Shown here piece by piece: positions 28,080 through 37,105 of a stretch of DNA of 41,543 nucleotides; position 1 is the first letter of the stretch; each line of letters begins with the position of its first letter. The position numbers were made by a program, and so were the translations under genes. The stretch is from IMG/VR virus record IMGVR_UViG_3300042994_000012, positions 1-41,543 of that record, one strand, 5' to 3'. Origin of the DNA: a virus. Taxonomy: Duplodnaviria; Caudoviricetes. The notes beneath the pieces are model-generated. The model made no database searches, was not told the origin of the DNA, and worked only from the letters and a program-made list of their open reading frames with translations.

Positions 28080-31000
28080 TGGCGAATTTTTATCTTGATC
28101 TCATCAACGGCAACGACGCCAACAATGGCACTGCACCTGCCACTCCTAAGAAGACGTTTGGTAGCATCACGCCTGCTGCTGGCGACGTGGTAAAGGTGAA
28201 AGCATCACCGACGCCCGTAATGGTTGGCGGCAATGCAATGGCGACGTGGAACGATTTGGCGAAGTCGATTGCGGTCACGTGGAACACGCAACAGGTCGCA
28301 GTGATTGATGAATGCAAAACGGCTTGGACGGCTGGGGCCGTGGGCTATAGCCCAGGTCTGGGCACATCGTACAAGAAAGCAACACAGAACTCAACGTCAG
28401 GCGTGAACACAAGCGGTGCAACTGGACTTGCTGCCTACCGCGCATTCGGTGCTGCGCTCGATCTTTCAGGGTTCCAAAGTGTATCGTTTTGGGTTCGAGT
28501 GCAGCATCCAAACACGGCAGGCAGTTCTCGAATGAGCTTACGCCTGTGCTCCGATCTCGCAGGTGCGGTAGTCGTTAATACGATTCCTATCCCGGCAATA
28601 ACTGCTGGCAACCGTTGGACACTTGTAACCATTGACACGGGCGGTAATCTGGGAAACAACATCAACAGCATAGCGTTTTACGTTGACCAGACTATTACTG
28701 CGAACGGCAATGTTTCATTCGACAACATTCTCGCCTGTAAGAACAACTCAAATGCTCTCACGCTTTCCAGCCTGATTGGCAAAGGCTCTGCCGGCGAAAC
28801 CTACTACGGCATTGCCTCTATTGAAAACATCACAGCGCAAGGCTGCACCATCTTTCTCGACAACCAGACCGAGACACTCGGCAATGCAGGACGCGGTTAT
28901 GCGGCCCAGACTGCAGGGCTAAACGAAACGTTGGCGCTGTGGAAGCGTGAGCCGATTACGCTGACACAGGCAGGAATTGGGCTGGTGTCGGGCACTGCAG
29001 CTATCTTCGCGCCGGGTGCAAGCGGAACGGGCGCAGATCGCATCACATACGAGTTTGGATACTCTGACTTGAACCTTTCTGCTCCTGATTCCGAGACCTG
29101 GATCGACGGCCAGAATGGACAAGGAAACTTGTTTCAACTCTCTCGCTCCTACATCACTGTGCGAGGTTTGGCAGGTGTGCGTTTTGCCAATACCTATCAA
29201 GGAACTTCTAACGCACGCCGTCAAACGATTTCGATAGCGGGTGCCAATAACTGCACAAATAATGGCGTTGCTGTCGCCAGCGCAATATTTGATTCTGAAT
29301 TTACAATCGCCGCTGCTAACAATAATGGTGGCGGCGTAAACTCTGGCACCAACTCCGGCGCACGTTTTAAGATTGCTCAGGCAAATAACAATATTTCGAC
29401 TGCGGTGGTTCTCGGTAGCTTCGACATTTTCGAGCCTGTTAGCTCGTTGATGTTACTCAGGAATACAGGGCAATGGGCAATACAGTTTACAGGGACTCAA
29501 TCTGTGATTAAGAAGGCTCAGACTTCAAACTCTGCGTCTCCATTCATTGTTGGAACAACCACGGTTGGACTTAACTACGCGCGCGATTGTTTTGCTGGCA
29601 GCACAGGCATATCGAATATCAGTGTGGCAGAGGGACTTGTTCTGCAGAACTTTAATCAGGTTGCAAACGACCACCGTATCGTCTCTGATGGCTGCGTGAC
29701 GACACCTGACGCCACGATCCGAAACTCAAACAGCGGTTACTCCTGGAAAACAGCCTTCTCCGTCACCTACCGCGACCAGTATTTGCCTTCCCGAATTTCA
29801 CTTGGTCGCCGGATATGCAAGGCTAATCGGACTGTCACGATCACGGCTCCAATGCGGCGCGATAGCCTCAACGCGGTCGGGCAGTTGATGGTGAAAGGTG
29901 GCGAGCTGGCGGGGGTGCCTAATGACGTTGTAGCCTCTCTCAGCGGTGCCATCAACACGTGGGTGAATGTGACGTTGCAATTCACACCCACCGAAGACGG
30001 CTCTATCGAAGTGTTCTGGGTCACTTATAGCACAACGGTTGCAAACGTCTGGATTGATGATGTCAAATTCAGCGGTGCCGCAACCACACGTGAACTCAGC
30101 ACGTTGGACATGTCAGACCGTGGAATGCCTGTTATCGCCAACGCCAACGGCAGCACAACAACCTATCTTTCTCTGGCTTGGAACGATGTTCAATTAGGCG
30201 AAACCATTCGCGCCACATTGCCGCTGGGCGAAGCTCCCGACGCCGCGCCCACAGCCACACTCTACAAAAACGGTGTGATTGTGCCGGGTGCGACGATCAA
30301 CATCGCGTCTGCAGGTGGCAACGACTACGACATCACGACACAGATTGCAGCGGGATGGGCAACGGGCGACAGCTACAAACTCAAAGCCAGTTGGACCGTG
30401 GCAGGTGATGCTTATTCGCAGATGATTGCCCAAGGCAGCGTGCGCGCGGTTCCGAACACCATCGCACCCGACAACGCCAAGATCACCGCCATTCATGTCG
30501 ATTACGTGCGACGTGCTGATTTGCCGACCGATTACCAGCAGCGCAATGTGCCGGTGACTTTGCCTGCTGGCGTGGCCACCGAAGCCAAACAGGACGCCGC
30601 GAAAACTGTGCTCGATGGTGCAGCCACCAAAGTGGACACCGTTCATGCAAACTATGCTCGCCGTACTGGTGACTATGCGACAAGTGAGAACGTGCAGGAC
30701 GTGCTCGATGCTCTGGAAGTCTTGAAGGGTGCGGGTTGGACAAATGAAACGTTGAAGGCCATTTTCGAGGCGCAAAGTACTTTGCAGCAAAGTGCGACCG
30801 AGATGGAAACCGATCTCGAAACCATCAAGATCAAAACTCTCACCTTTGGCAGCGGTCCGGCTGTGGTTTACTCGCCGGTCGTGAGTATCGGCAAGATCGA
30901 ACTGGTGCATGGTGGCGACTACTACCAGAGCGAAGGCCGCGCCATTGTGGTGCCCATGGCCTCGGGTAACATCATGGCGATTCGTGACCACATTGCACAA

Positions 31001-31222
31001 CTGCAGTTCGTGATCGATGACGATGATGTGTTCCTGATGCCGAATGTCGACTATGAATTGACCGATGACGGCATTGTCGCTGTTGTGGAACTTTCGGCTG
31101 CACAAACCACGGCGCTGGGCAGCAACACCAGCCACACGTTTTATTTTCGTGCCATCTTGAACAACGGGCGCAAAAACCACCTGATCAAGGGTTCGCTCAA
31201 AGTACTTCCCGGTGGCGAGTAA
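28079..31222 (+). CDS. Tail fibre/spike, putative receptor-binding protein
   Basis: N-terminal YLDLINGNDANNG..P.KT motif, Asn/Gly-rich beta-helix-like repeats, CBM-like VWIDDV, C-terminal coiled coil. Confidence 0.7.
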   Translation: MANFYLDLINGNDANNGTAPATPKKTFGSITPAAGDVVKVKASPTPVMVGGNAMATWNDLAKSIAVTWNTQQVAVIDECKTAWTAGAVGYSPGLGTSYKKATQNSTSGVNTSGATGLAAYRAFGAALDLSGFQSVSFWVRVQHPNTAGSSRMSLRLCSDLAGAVVVNTIPIPAITAGNRWTLVTIDTGGNLGNNINSIAFYVDQTITANGNVSFDNILACKNNSNALTLSSLIGKGSAGETYYGIASIENITAQGCTIFLDNQTETLGNAGRGYAAQTAGLNETLALWKREPITLTQAGIGLVSGTAAIFAPGASGTGADRITYEFGYSDLNLSAPDSETWIDGQNGQGNLFQLSRSYITVRGLAGVRFANTYQGTSNARRQTISIAGANNCTNNGVAVASAIFDSEFTIAAANNNGGGVNSGTNSGARFKIAQANNNISTAVVLGSFDIFEPVSSLMLLRNTGQWAIQFTGTQSVIKKAQTSNSASPFIVGTTTVGLNYARDCFAGSTGISNISVAEGLVLQNFNQVANDHRIVSDGCVTTPDATIRNSNSGYSWKTAFSVTYRDQYLPSRISLGRRICKANRTVTITAPMRRDSLNAVGQLMVKGGELAGVPNDVVASLSGAINTWVNVTLQFTPTEDGSIEVFWVTYSTTVANVWIDDVKFSGAATTRELSTLDMSDRGMPVIANANGSTTTYLSLAWNDVQLGETIRATLPLGEAPDAAPTATLYKNGVIVPGATINIASAGGNDYDITTQIAAGWATGDSYKLKASWTVAGDAYSQMIAQGSVRAVPNTIAPDNAKITAIHVDYVRRADLPTDYQQRNVPVTLPAGVATEAKQDAAKTVLDGAATKVDTVHANYARRTGDYATSENVQDVLDALEVLKGAGWTNETLKAIFEAQSTLQQSATEMETDLETIKIKTLTFGSGPAVVYSPVVSIGKIELVHGGDYYQSEGRAIVVPMASGNIMAIRDHIAQLQFVIDDDDVFLMPNVDYELTDDGIVAVVELSAAQTTALGSNTSHTFYFRAILNNGRKNHLIKGSLKVLPGGE

Positions 31223-31285
31223 CCCGCAGTTCGTTTTGATTCCGATAATCCAAAAGAGGGCAGGTGTTCCAGCAAAATTCTCACT

Positions 31286-32338
31286 ATGCTGGCCCTGCCC
31301 TCTTTTTCGTCTCACTCCCCTGCTCTCTCCACCACGCCGCCCGTGCCTGACGTGCTGGCGCTGTTGCTCGATGACAAGCGTTCACCCGAAACGCGCCGCG
31401 CCTACGAGTCCGATCTGCGCGACTTCTTTCAAAGTACTTTGAGCAGTGAACCGTCTCCCGAAATTGTGCGGTCGTTTCTGGCCCAGACACCGCCGCAGCT
31501 CGCGCTGCAGATTGCAGGCTACAAAAGTACTTTGCGAGGTCATGGGAAGAGTGAGGCCACGATCAACCGGCGCCTGGCTGCAATTAAGTCGCTGTTGAAA
31601 TTTGCTTACCGGCTGGGCTATTGCGCTACCGATGGGCGCGGCCTGGTGGATACGGAAAAAGCGAAAAGTTACCGCGACACGCGCGGTGTAGATCTCAAAA
31701 CGCTGCGCAAGCTGGTGAAGTTGCCGCACGAAAATTTTGCGAAGCATCACGCTTGTATAAGTACAAACGTATATATATATTCCGCAAATACATATATACC
31801 AGTGGCACAAATCAAATGTGCGCGCGATACAGCGCTGCTCACACTGTTGGCGGAAAATGCGTTACGCCGTGCGGAAGTGGTGAAATTGAACTGTGGCGAC
31901 TTCGATCCGGGCACACGCTCATTGTGGATTCTGGGCAAAGGGCGTGGCAGTCAGAAGGAGCGTATTACTCTCAGCGATGGCTGTTGTGCTGCGATTGGGG
32001 CGTATCTGGCGCTGCACGGGACGTGCGAGCCACATGAGCCACTGTTCCGCAATCTTGACCGACGCGGCGATGTGCGCGGCCAGCGGCTTACTGCGGACGG
32101 CCTCTATGCGATTGTGGGCGAATATGGGCGCGCGGTAGGCGTGCCGAACCTGACACCGCACAAACTTCGGCATAGTTCACTGACCCTTGCTTTAGATATG
32201 ACAAATGGTGACGTGAGAAAAGTGCAAAAACTCAGTCGCCATGCCAATTTAAAAACACTCCAAATTTACGATGATGCGAGAGAGGACTTTCAGGGGGAAA
32301 TGTCAGTGGGATTGTCTAAGCTATTGTCGCGGCGTTAA
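31286..32338 (+). CDS. Tyrosine recombinase (XerC/D-like integrase/resolvase)
   Basis: SPETRRAY, SEATINRRLAAIKS, catalytic LRRAE, GKG, HKLRH, SRH, IYD. Confidence 0.93.
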   Translation: MLALPSFSSHSPALSTTPPVPDVLALLLDDKRSPETRRAYESDLRDFFQSTLSSEPSPEIVRSFLAQTPPQLALQIAGYKSTLRGHGKSEATINRRLAAIKSLLKFAYRLGYCATDGRGLVDTEKAKSYRDTRGVDLKTLRKLVKLPHENFAKHHACISTNVYIYSANTYIPVAQIKCARDTALLTLLAENALRRAEVVKLNCGDFDPGTRSLWILGKGRGSQKERITLSDGCCAAIGAYLALHGTCEPHEPLFRNLDRRGDVRGQRLTADGLYAIVGEYGRAVGVPNLTPHKLRHSSLTLALDMTNGDVRKVQKLSRHANLKTLQIYDDAREDFQGEMSVGLSKLLSRR

Positions 32339-32494
32339 AGAGAAAAAATTCCCGACAATTAAAATTGTGACAATTGTCATAAGCAAATTAGTCTTTTTGT
32401 GTCCTTATTCGGCTCACAAATTGCCGAGACAATTAAGCTGTGGAAACACAATCGAGAAGCGATCCGCTTCGTTTGAAATTACAGTGAGGGTATC

Positions 32495-32680
32495 ATGAAA
32501 TTATTGTTTTTATTTAGCGTAGTCCCGTTAGCTTTCATCGCACCGTTTGTGGCCACTACTCTGGTGCTGGCCGCTATCACGATGTTTGTTTATTCGTTCC
32601 GCAGTCGGGTGCGGGAAGAAAGGTTGCTGGAAAAGGCGTATGAAGCCGAGGCACGGCGCAGAGCAAGCTTGAGCTACTAA
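32495..32680 (+). CDS. Small membrane protein
   Basis: Hydrophobic N-terminal half, GAGG RBS. Confidence 0.55.
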   Translation: MKLLFLFSVVPLAFIAPFVATTLVLAAITMFVYSFRSRVREERLLEKAYEAEARRRASLSY

Positions 32681-32697
32681 CCCGAGGTTGGCATCAA

Positions 32698-32750
32698 CAA
32701 AACAAAAGCCGCACTCTCTTCCATCTCAGAGAGAGCGGCTTTTTGTTTTG
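32698..32750. terminator. Bidirectional terminator between convergent units
   Basis: CAAAACAAAAGCCGC...GCGGCTTTTTGTTTTG. Confidence 0.75.
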
Positions 32751-32779
32751 AATGCCAAAAATCAGACCATTGTGAAATA

Positions 32780-33193
32780 TCACCTATGTGGCAAAGTGCT
32801 TTCGACTTGCAACAGTTGGCGCACTTCTTTCATCGCCTGCAGCGCCTCTTCAGCCGAACGAATCACGCGGATGCGACCGGCTTGCTCCAGGTGCAACTGG
32901 GCAGGTGAAACCACAGTGCGAGGCCCCTTCACTTCCAGACCGGCAAACAAATAGCGAGGGAACTGGGGATGCGTGACGATCAGATCGGGCACACCTGGTG
33001 TGGTTCCCCTACCTGATGACGGCGTGAATATCCTGGTGCAATGCGGGCAACGCTCGGAGCTGCGATGTTCGCTGGTCGAGAGCACCATAAAGCCAAAGGT
33101 TTGTAAGGTGTTGCAGATGGCCTGCTGCACGTCATTCTCCTGGCGTTTACTGGCCGCATGTTTCAGAAGGTCAGAAATGGGACGTGTTTTCAT
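32780..33193 (-). CDS. VRR-NUC-like nuclease
   Basis: E..VQQAI...GVPDLIV...LEVKGP...SPAQ. Confidence 0.85.
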   Translation of the reverse strand: MKTRPISDLLKHAASKRQENDVQQAICNTLQTFGFMVLSTSEHRSSERCPHCTRIFTPSSGRGTTPGVPDLIVTHPQFPRYLFAGLEVKGPRTVVSPAQLHLEQAGRIRVIRSAEEALQAMKEVRQLLQVESTLPHR

Positions 33194-33205
33194 AAGTGCT
33201 TTTTC

Positions 33206-33274
33206 TTTGCGGACATTGCGAAGTTAGAACTCCGTAAAGTCCGCAAACTCCGCAATGTCCGTAACTCCGCAAAA
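33206..33274. repeat. 9-bp iteron-like array (TCCGYAA-core units), five direct plus two inverted units
   Basis: TCCGTAAAG TCCGCAAAC TCCGCAATG TCCGTAAC TCCGCAAAA. Confidence 0.8.
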
Positions 33275-33279
33275 GCGTT

Positions 33280-34842
33280 TCACTCTTCACTTTCCGGTGC
33301 CGGTCGGTTAGGTAGATCCAGAAACCATCGCCCATTGTCGCCACGCTCTTTATAGCTGCGCAGCTTGAGCGAACTGATCGCATTTTCCAGCGTGCGACGA
33401 GAGCACAGCCCGGATTCTTCGGCTTCTTTGAACACTTCCTGCGATGGACGTGGGCCGCTCTTCAACTCTTCCAACAGAAAAGCTCGGGCGGCTTCAATCG
33501 CTTTTTGCGGTCGTGGTGCTTCCGGCGCCGCGCCCCAGGCCAGACCGTGATCGGTGATCTGGTAGCCGAGCGGCTCCGGTTTCTTGGCAAAGTTCGACTT
33601 GATGACGTCGATGCGCCGCAGTTCCGGTTGGGTTTTGTCGGGGATGCCCAGACCAATGATCGAACGGGAAAACTGCGTGATGGCCGAAGCACCGCGCACC
33701 TGGTCAATCGTAATCGGCCAATCGTTTTCGCCCGGGCCGGACTTGCGTAAGTGATGGATCGCCACGACAGCAATCTTGTGCGCCTGCGCCAGTTGCGAGA
33801 GCCGCTGCAGGATCACCTTCATCGAATCGTTGTCTTTTTCCTCGCCACGATGGCCACCCGACAAAGCATCGATGACAACCAGCGGCGGGCGAAACTTCGC
33901 GACCGAGCCTTCGATCCACGCCCAGTCCGTTGGATTATCGAACTGCAAGACATGCAATGGGTCACTGGGCAGAATGAAGCGGCCACGCGGCAGGCCCCAG
34001 TCGACGACACGATCACGAAACCCGGCCAGCGCCAGTTCGGTGTCGATCCACAGCAGGCGGGTTTCCCCGGGATCGACGCTGGTGGGTGTGCCGTCCGGCC
34101 AGGCGCCACAGGTGAGCAGGCGCCCACATAAATCGAGTGCGAAGTTGGACTTACCGGCTTCCTGACGCGCCACAATGGTGGTCACCATGCCACGCGGCAC
34201 CCAGCCCGGCCACAGCCATTCAATGCGGCCCAGAAGATCATCCAAATCTAAATCGGTGGAATAGCGCAGCGCCTGGGCGCGAGCGGCTTGCTCCTCGATG
34301 TGCTGCAGATTCTTCAGCACCTGTTTGGCGGCTTCTGCAGGGCCCACACAGTTGCGCGCCTGCTGAAGCCCGTTTTGCAGCGCAATCACACGCTGCCGGT
34401 CATAAGATTGCTTGCGCACCTCGGAAGCGTAAGTGGTGATGTTGGCAGCAGAGGGACACGCCTCAATCATGGCTGTGAGATAGGCCGCGCCACCAGACTC
34501 CTCGTAGTCGCCACGATTGCGCAACTCAGCACAGGTGGTGATGAGATCCACCGGCTGCTGGGCAAAATACAGCGCCAGAATCGCATCGAAGATTTTGCGA
34601 TGGCCGTCCCGGTAGAAGTCGTCACGCTCTAAGATTTCAGCCGCGCGCGTGATGGCATCGCGTTCCAACATCATCGCTGCCAGAGTACTCTGCTCAGATT
34701 CCAGTGACTGGGGCAGTCCCACCGCTGCAGGCGATGAGCGTCGCGCACTGTGAAAATGACTTGCGGAGTTTGCGGACTTTACGGAGTTTGCGGACTTTAC
34801 GGAGTTTGCGGACATTGCGGAGTTCCGAAGATCGTTGTTCAC
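33280..34842 (-). CDS. Replicative helicase: DnaB N-terminal domain fused to an AAA_25/RepA-like ATPase
   Basis: LPQSLESEQS...DDFY..GHRKIF...PVDLIT; IEWLWPGWVPRG..ARQEAGKS; LVVIDAL; IHHLRK; RGASA. Confidence 0.85.
   Translation of the reverse strand: MNNDLRNSAMSANSVKSANSVKSANSASHFHSARRSSPAAVGLPQSLESEQSTLAAMMLERDAITRAAEILERDDFYRDGHRKIFDAILALYFAQQPVDLITTCAELRNRGDYEESGGAAYLTAMIEACPSAANITTYASEVRKQSYDRQRVIALQNGLQQARNCVGPAEAAKQVLKNLQHIEEQAARAQALRYSTDLDLDDLLGRIEWLWPGWVPRGMVTTIVARQEAGKSNFALDLCGRLLTCGAWPDGTPTSVDPGETRLLWIDTELALAGFRDRVVDWGLPRGRFILPSDPLHVLQFDNPTDWAWIEGSVAKFRPPLVVIDALSGGHRGEEKDNDSMKVILQRLSQLAQAHKIAVVAIHHLRKSGPGENDWPITIDQVRGASAITQFSRSIIGLGIPDKTQPELRRIDVIKSNFAKKPEPLGYQITDHGLAWGAAPEAPRPQKAIEAARAFLLEELKSGPRPSQEVFKEAEESGLCSRRTLENAISSLKLRSYKERGDNGRWFLDLPNRPAPESEE
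34760..34825 (-). repeat. 9-bp iteron-like array, seven units, inside the 5' end of the helicase gene
   Basis: TCCGCAATG TCCGCAAAC TCCGTAAAG ... on the minus strand; encodes SAMSANSVKSANSVKSANSAS. Confidence 0.85.
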
Positions 34843-35450
34843 GCGGAACTCCCTTCACCAGAAGCGAATGCTTCTCCGGCAGCAATTAAAGTACTTTGAG
34901 CGGTGTCATCATTCTCAAATTCATCGTCGAACGCCTCGTCGTCGCCCGGAGCATAAGCGTCGGTTTGGGGCATCGGCACCGCCGCCAGGTGTTGTTCCAT
35001 GGTGAGCGCCATCTGACGCGCGTCCGGGCGCCACAGCCCATGCCGGTCGATCTCTTTTTGAAAGCCTTCGAAGTCGTGCCCGACAATAGAGAGCTTGGTA
35101 TTACCCTCTTCGTCTTCTTCGGCCCAACAGTGCATCAGTTCGTGATCGATCAGAGCTTCGCGCTGTTCAGGGTTGAGGCCATTCCAGATCGGGCTGGAAA
35201 TCACAATCACAAAGAACGGTTCGTTTTGTTCATCGATGTCATCGTGCTGGTCAACATTGGCTAAAAATGCGTTGAGGCTCGACACTTTGCGTGCCGTGCC
35301 CCAGACTTCGCGCCCGGCCTTGCTGGGCACATCATCGCGAAATATGAATTCGACGCGCACCGCATAGCGAAGTAGATGCTCGTGATGCTTGCGAATCAGC
35401 GGTTGCGCCAGGCGCCTGACTTCGGACGCAGAGGAATATTTAGCTGGCAT
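34839..35450 (-). CDS. Putative phage metallopeptidase
   Basis: FVIVIS..IW..L..EQREALIDHELMH...HDFEGF...RHG. Confidence 0.8.
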   Translation of the reverse strand: MPAKYSSASEVRRLAQPLIRKHHEHLLRYAVRVEFIFRDDVPSKAGREVWGTARKVSSLNAFLANVDQHDDIDEQNEPFFVIVISSPIWNGLNPEQREALIDHELMHCWAEEDEEGNTKLSIVGHDFEGFQKEIDRHGLWRPDARQMALTMEQHLAAVPMPQTDAYAPGDDEAFDDEFENDDTAQSTLIAAGEAFASGEGSSA

Positions 35451-35580
35451 TGTTCACCTCGCCTGGTGTGAAAGGTTGTGTATTCATAGTGCTATTTGAA
35501 ATGCAGGAAAAAGCGGAGACGCGCAACGAGGAAAGTGCTTCGATGGGGCTGTAACCTTGCGGCGAGCGCGTCCCCTCACA

Positions 35581-37083
35581 TTAAGCGGCCACCGGACGTC
35601 GAACGTCGGCCTGCACACGTAAATCCACCAGGCCCGCTTTCAAATCATCGACGAACTTATGCACCATTTCCGGCGTGGCATCCCCACGGCTTTTGATGGC
35701 CGGAAAGCGCGTGCCCTTGAAATGATGGTTGATGATGGCGCGCATGCGGGGACCATCTTCGGTGTCGATGCCATGTTCGGCACACACCGCGAACAGTTGA
35801 TTTAGGTGCTTGGCGCGTCCCGAGTTGCTGGCGGGCGCATTGTCGGCAGGAGTGTTAGACGCCGGTTTGTCGCGGCGGAACTGGCTGGCTTGGGTGCAGT
35901 TGCCCCAGTGAGCGGTGCCGTCGAGATTGACCGGCATGGAGCCACCAGCTTTGGTGCGCACGAAAGCGATCTTTTGCCCGCAGCCGCGACACTCCGAAGT
36001 GGGAGTGCCCGCCGGAATGGTGTAGATGATGGCGTCGGGTTTGACGGCATGCTTATCGAGTGCGCAAGGCTCCTCTTCAGGCACCAAAGTACTTTGTGGC
36101 TCGGGTGTTGTCCGGGGAACTGGTGGCACGGTCGGGGGAGCTGTAGTGGTTGTCCCGGCAGGTGGTGTTTCGAGATGCGGATTCTTACGACGCGCGATGG
36201 CGTCGGATAAGCTGCGAAAGTACTTTTCAACGGTTTCCAGGTCAGCATCTGGCGGCAATTCACGGCGCTTGATACCCAGTTTTACACCCTGCTCCAACAA
36301 ATCTTCATAGGCTGCGGTCGCCGCTTCCAGTTGGCTTTCTTCGGGGCTGGGCAGTGTGGGATCAATGGGTGGCGGCGTGGCCATATCGTCGTTGATCCAG
36401 TCCAGAAGTACTTTGGCGAGCTGGCGCCCGGGCTGGGGGATGATCTGGTCGGCAATCAGGCTGCAGCGCGACTTGGTGACAATCAGTTCGTGTTCCTGGG
36501 TGATGTCACCCACGATGTCGAATTCATACTCCATCTGATCGCGTTGCACCGGCGCCAGGCCGACTTTGCGCACCACGGTTTTGCCGGTGCGTTCATCCTT
36601 TTCCTGCACATGTTCGGTTTTGGCGCGCATCGTCGCGATAACGTGAATCTTAGCGCCTACAATGGCATCGATAAGCTGATTGTGAAGTGGTGTGACATTG
36701 CGCCAGGCGCCAAAGCTGTTGCCGCTCTGGGAGCGTTTACCAGCTTGATCGACCATTTCGAGTGCGCCACCCTTGCCGGTCCAGGCATGGGAAAGCGAAT
36801 CGAGAATGATGACATCGTAATTCTGTTCCTGCGCGATTTCGATGCAGCGAACGTAATGGAGAGGATTGAAGTTCTCCAGTTCGATAGTGTCGAAATTGAA
36901 CTCCGCATACTTGGAAGCGCTGCCGTGCTCGGTATCAATCACCAGCACATTGTCGCCCAAGCCTTTGGCGATGTTGAGCGCCGAATAGGTTTTGCCGCTG
37001 CCGGCAATACCGATCAGCGCCATTTTGAGTTTGGTGTTGCGGCGCGTGGCCCGTTTGATTTGAAAGTTCACTTGTGAGGTCAT
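35581..37083 (-). CDS. Sak4-like (AAA_24) recombination ATPase with C-terminal extension and Zn finger
   Basis: GIAGSGKT, VIDTEHGS, IILDSLSHAW, EYEFD; CRGC...H...C; GGAG RBS before ATG 37083. Confidence 0.82.
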   Translation of the reverse strand: MTSQVNFQIKRATRRNTKLKMALIGIAGSGKTYSALNIAKGLGDNVLVIDTEHGSASKYAEFNFDTIELENFNPLHYVRCIEIAQEQNYDVIILDSLSHAWTGKGGALEMVDQAGKRSQSGNSFGAWRNVTPLHNQLIDAIVGAKIHVIATMRAKTEHVQEKDERTGKTVVRKVGLAPVQRDQMEYEFDIVGDITQEHELIVTKSRCSLIADQIIPQPGRQLAKVLLDWINDDMATPPPIDPTLPSPEESQLEAATAAYEDLLEQGVKLGIKRRELPPDADLETVEKYFRSLSDAIARRKNPHLETPPAGTTTTAPPTVPPVPRTTPEPQSTLVPEEEPCALDKHAVKPDAIIYTIPAGTPTSECRGCGQKIAFVRTKAGGSMPVNLDGTAHWGNCTQASQFRRDKPASNTPADNAPASNSGRAKHLNQLFAVCAEHGIDTEDGPRMRAIINHHFKGTRFPAIKSRGDATPEMVHKFVDDLKAGLVDLRVQADVRRPVAA

Positions 37084-37105
37084 AGGAGTTCTCCGAATCA
37101 AAGGA

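Noticed and set aside
22019-31222. Diversity-generating retroelement or invertible tail-fibre cassette
   Set aside because: No reverse transcriptase, TR/VR pair or inverted alternative fibre ends seen
31215-31286. Fifth late-promoter copy upstream of the recombinase (AGTTCGTTTT at 31228)
   Set aside because: No ACTTTCC or TAAACC at the conserved offsets
30194-31315. 373-aa minus-strand ORF
   Set aside because: Antisense shadow of the tail fibre gene
33206-34825. Repeat arrays as CRISPR
   Set aside because: 9-bp tandem units with no spacers and no cas genes
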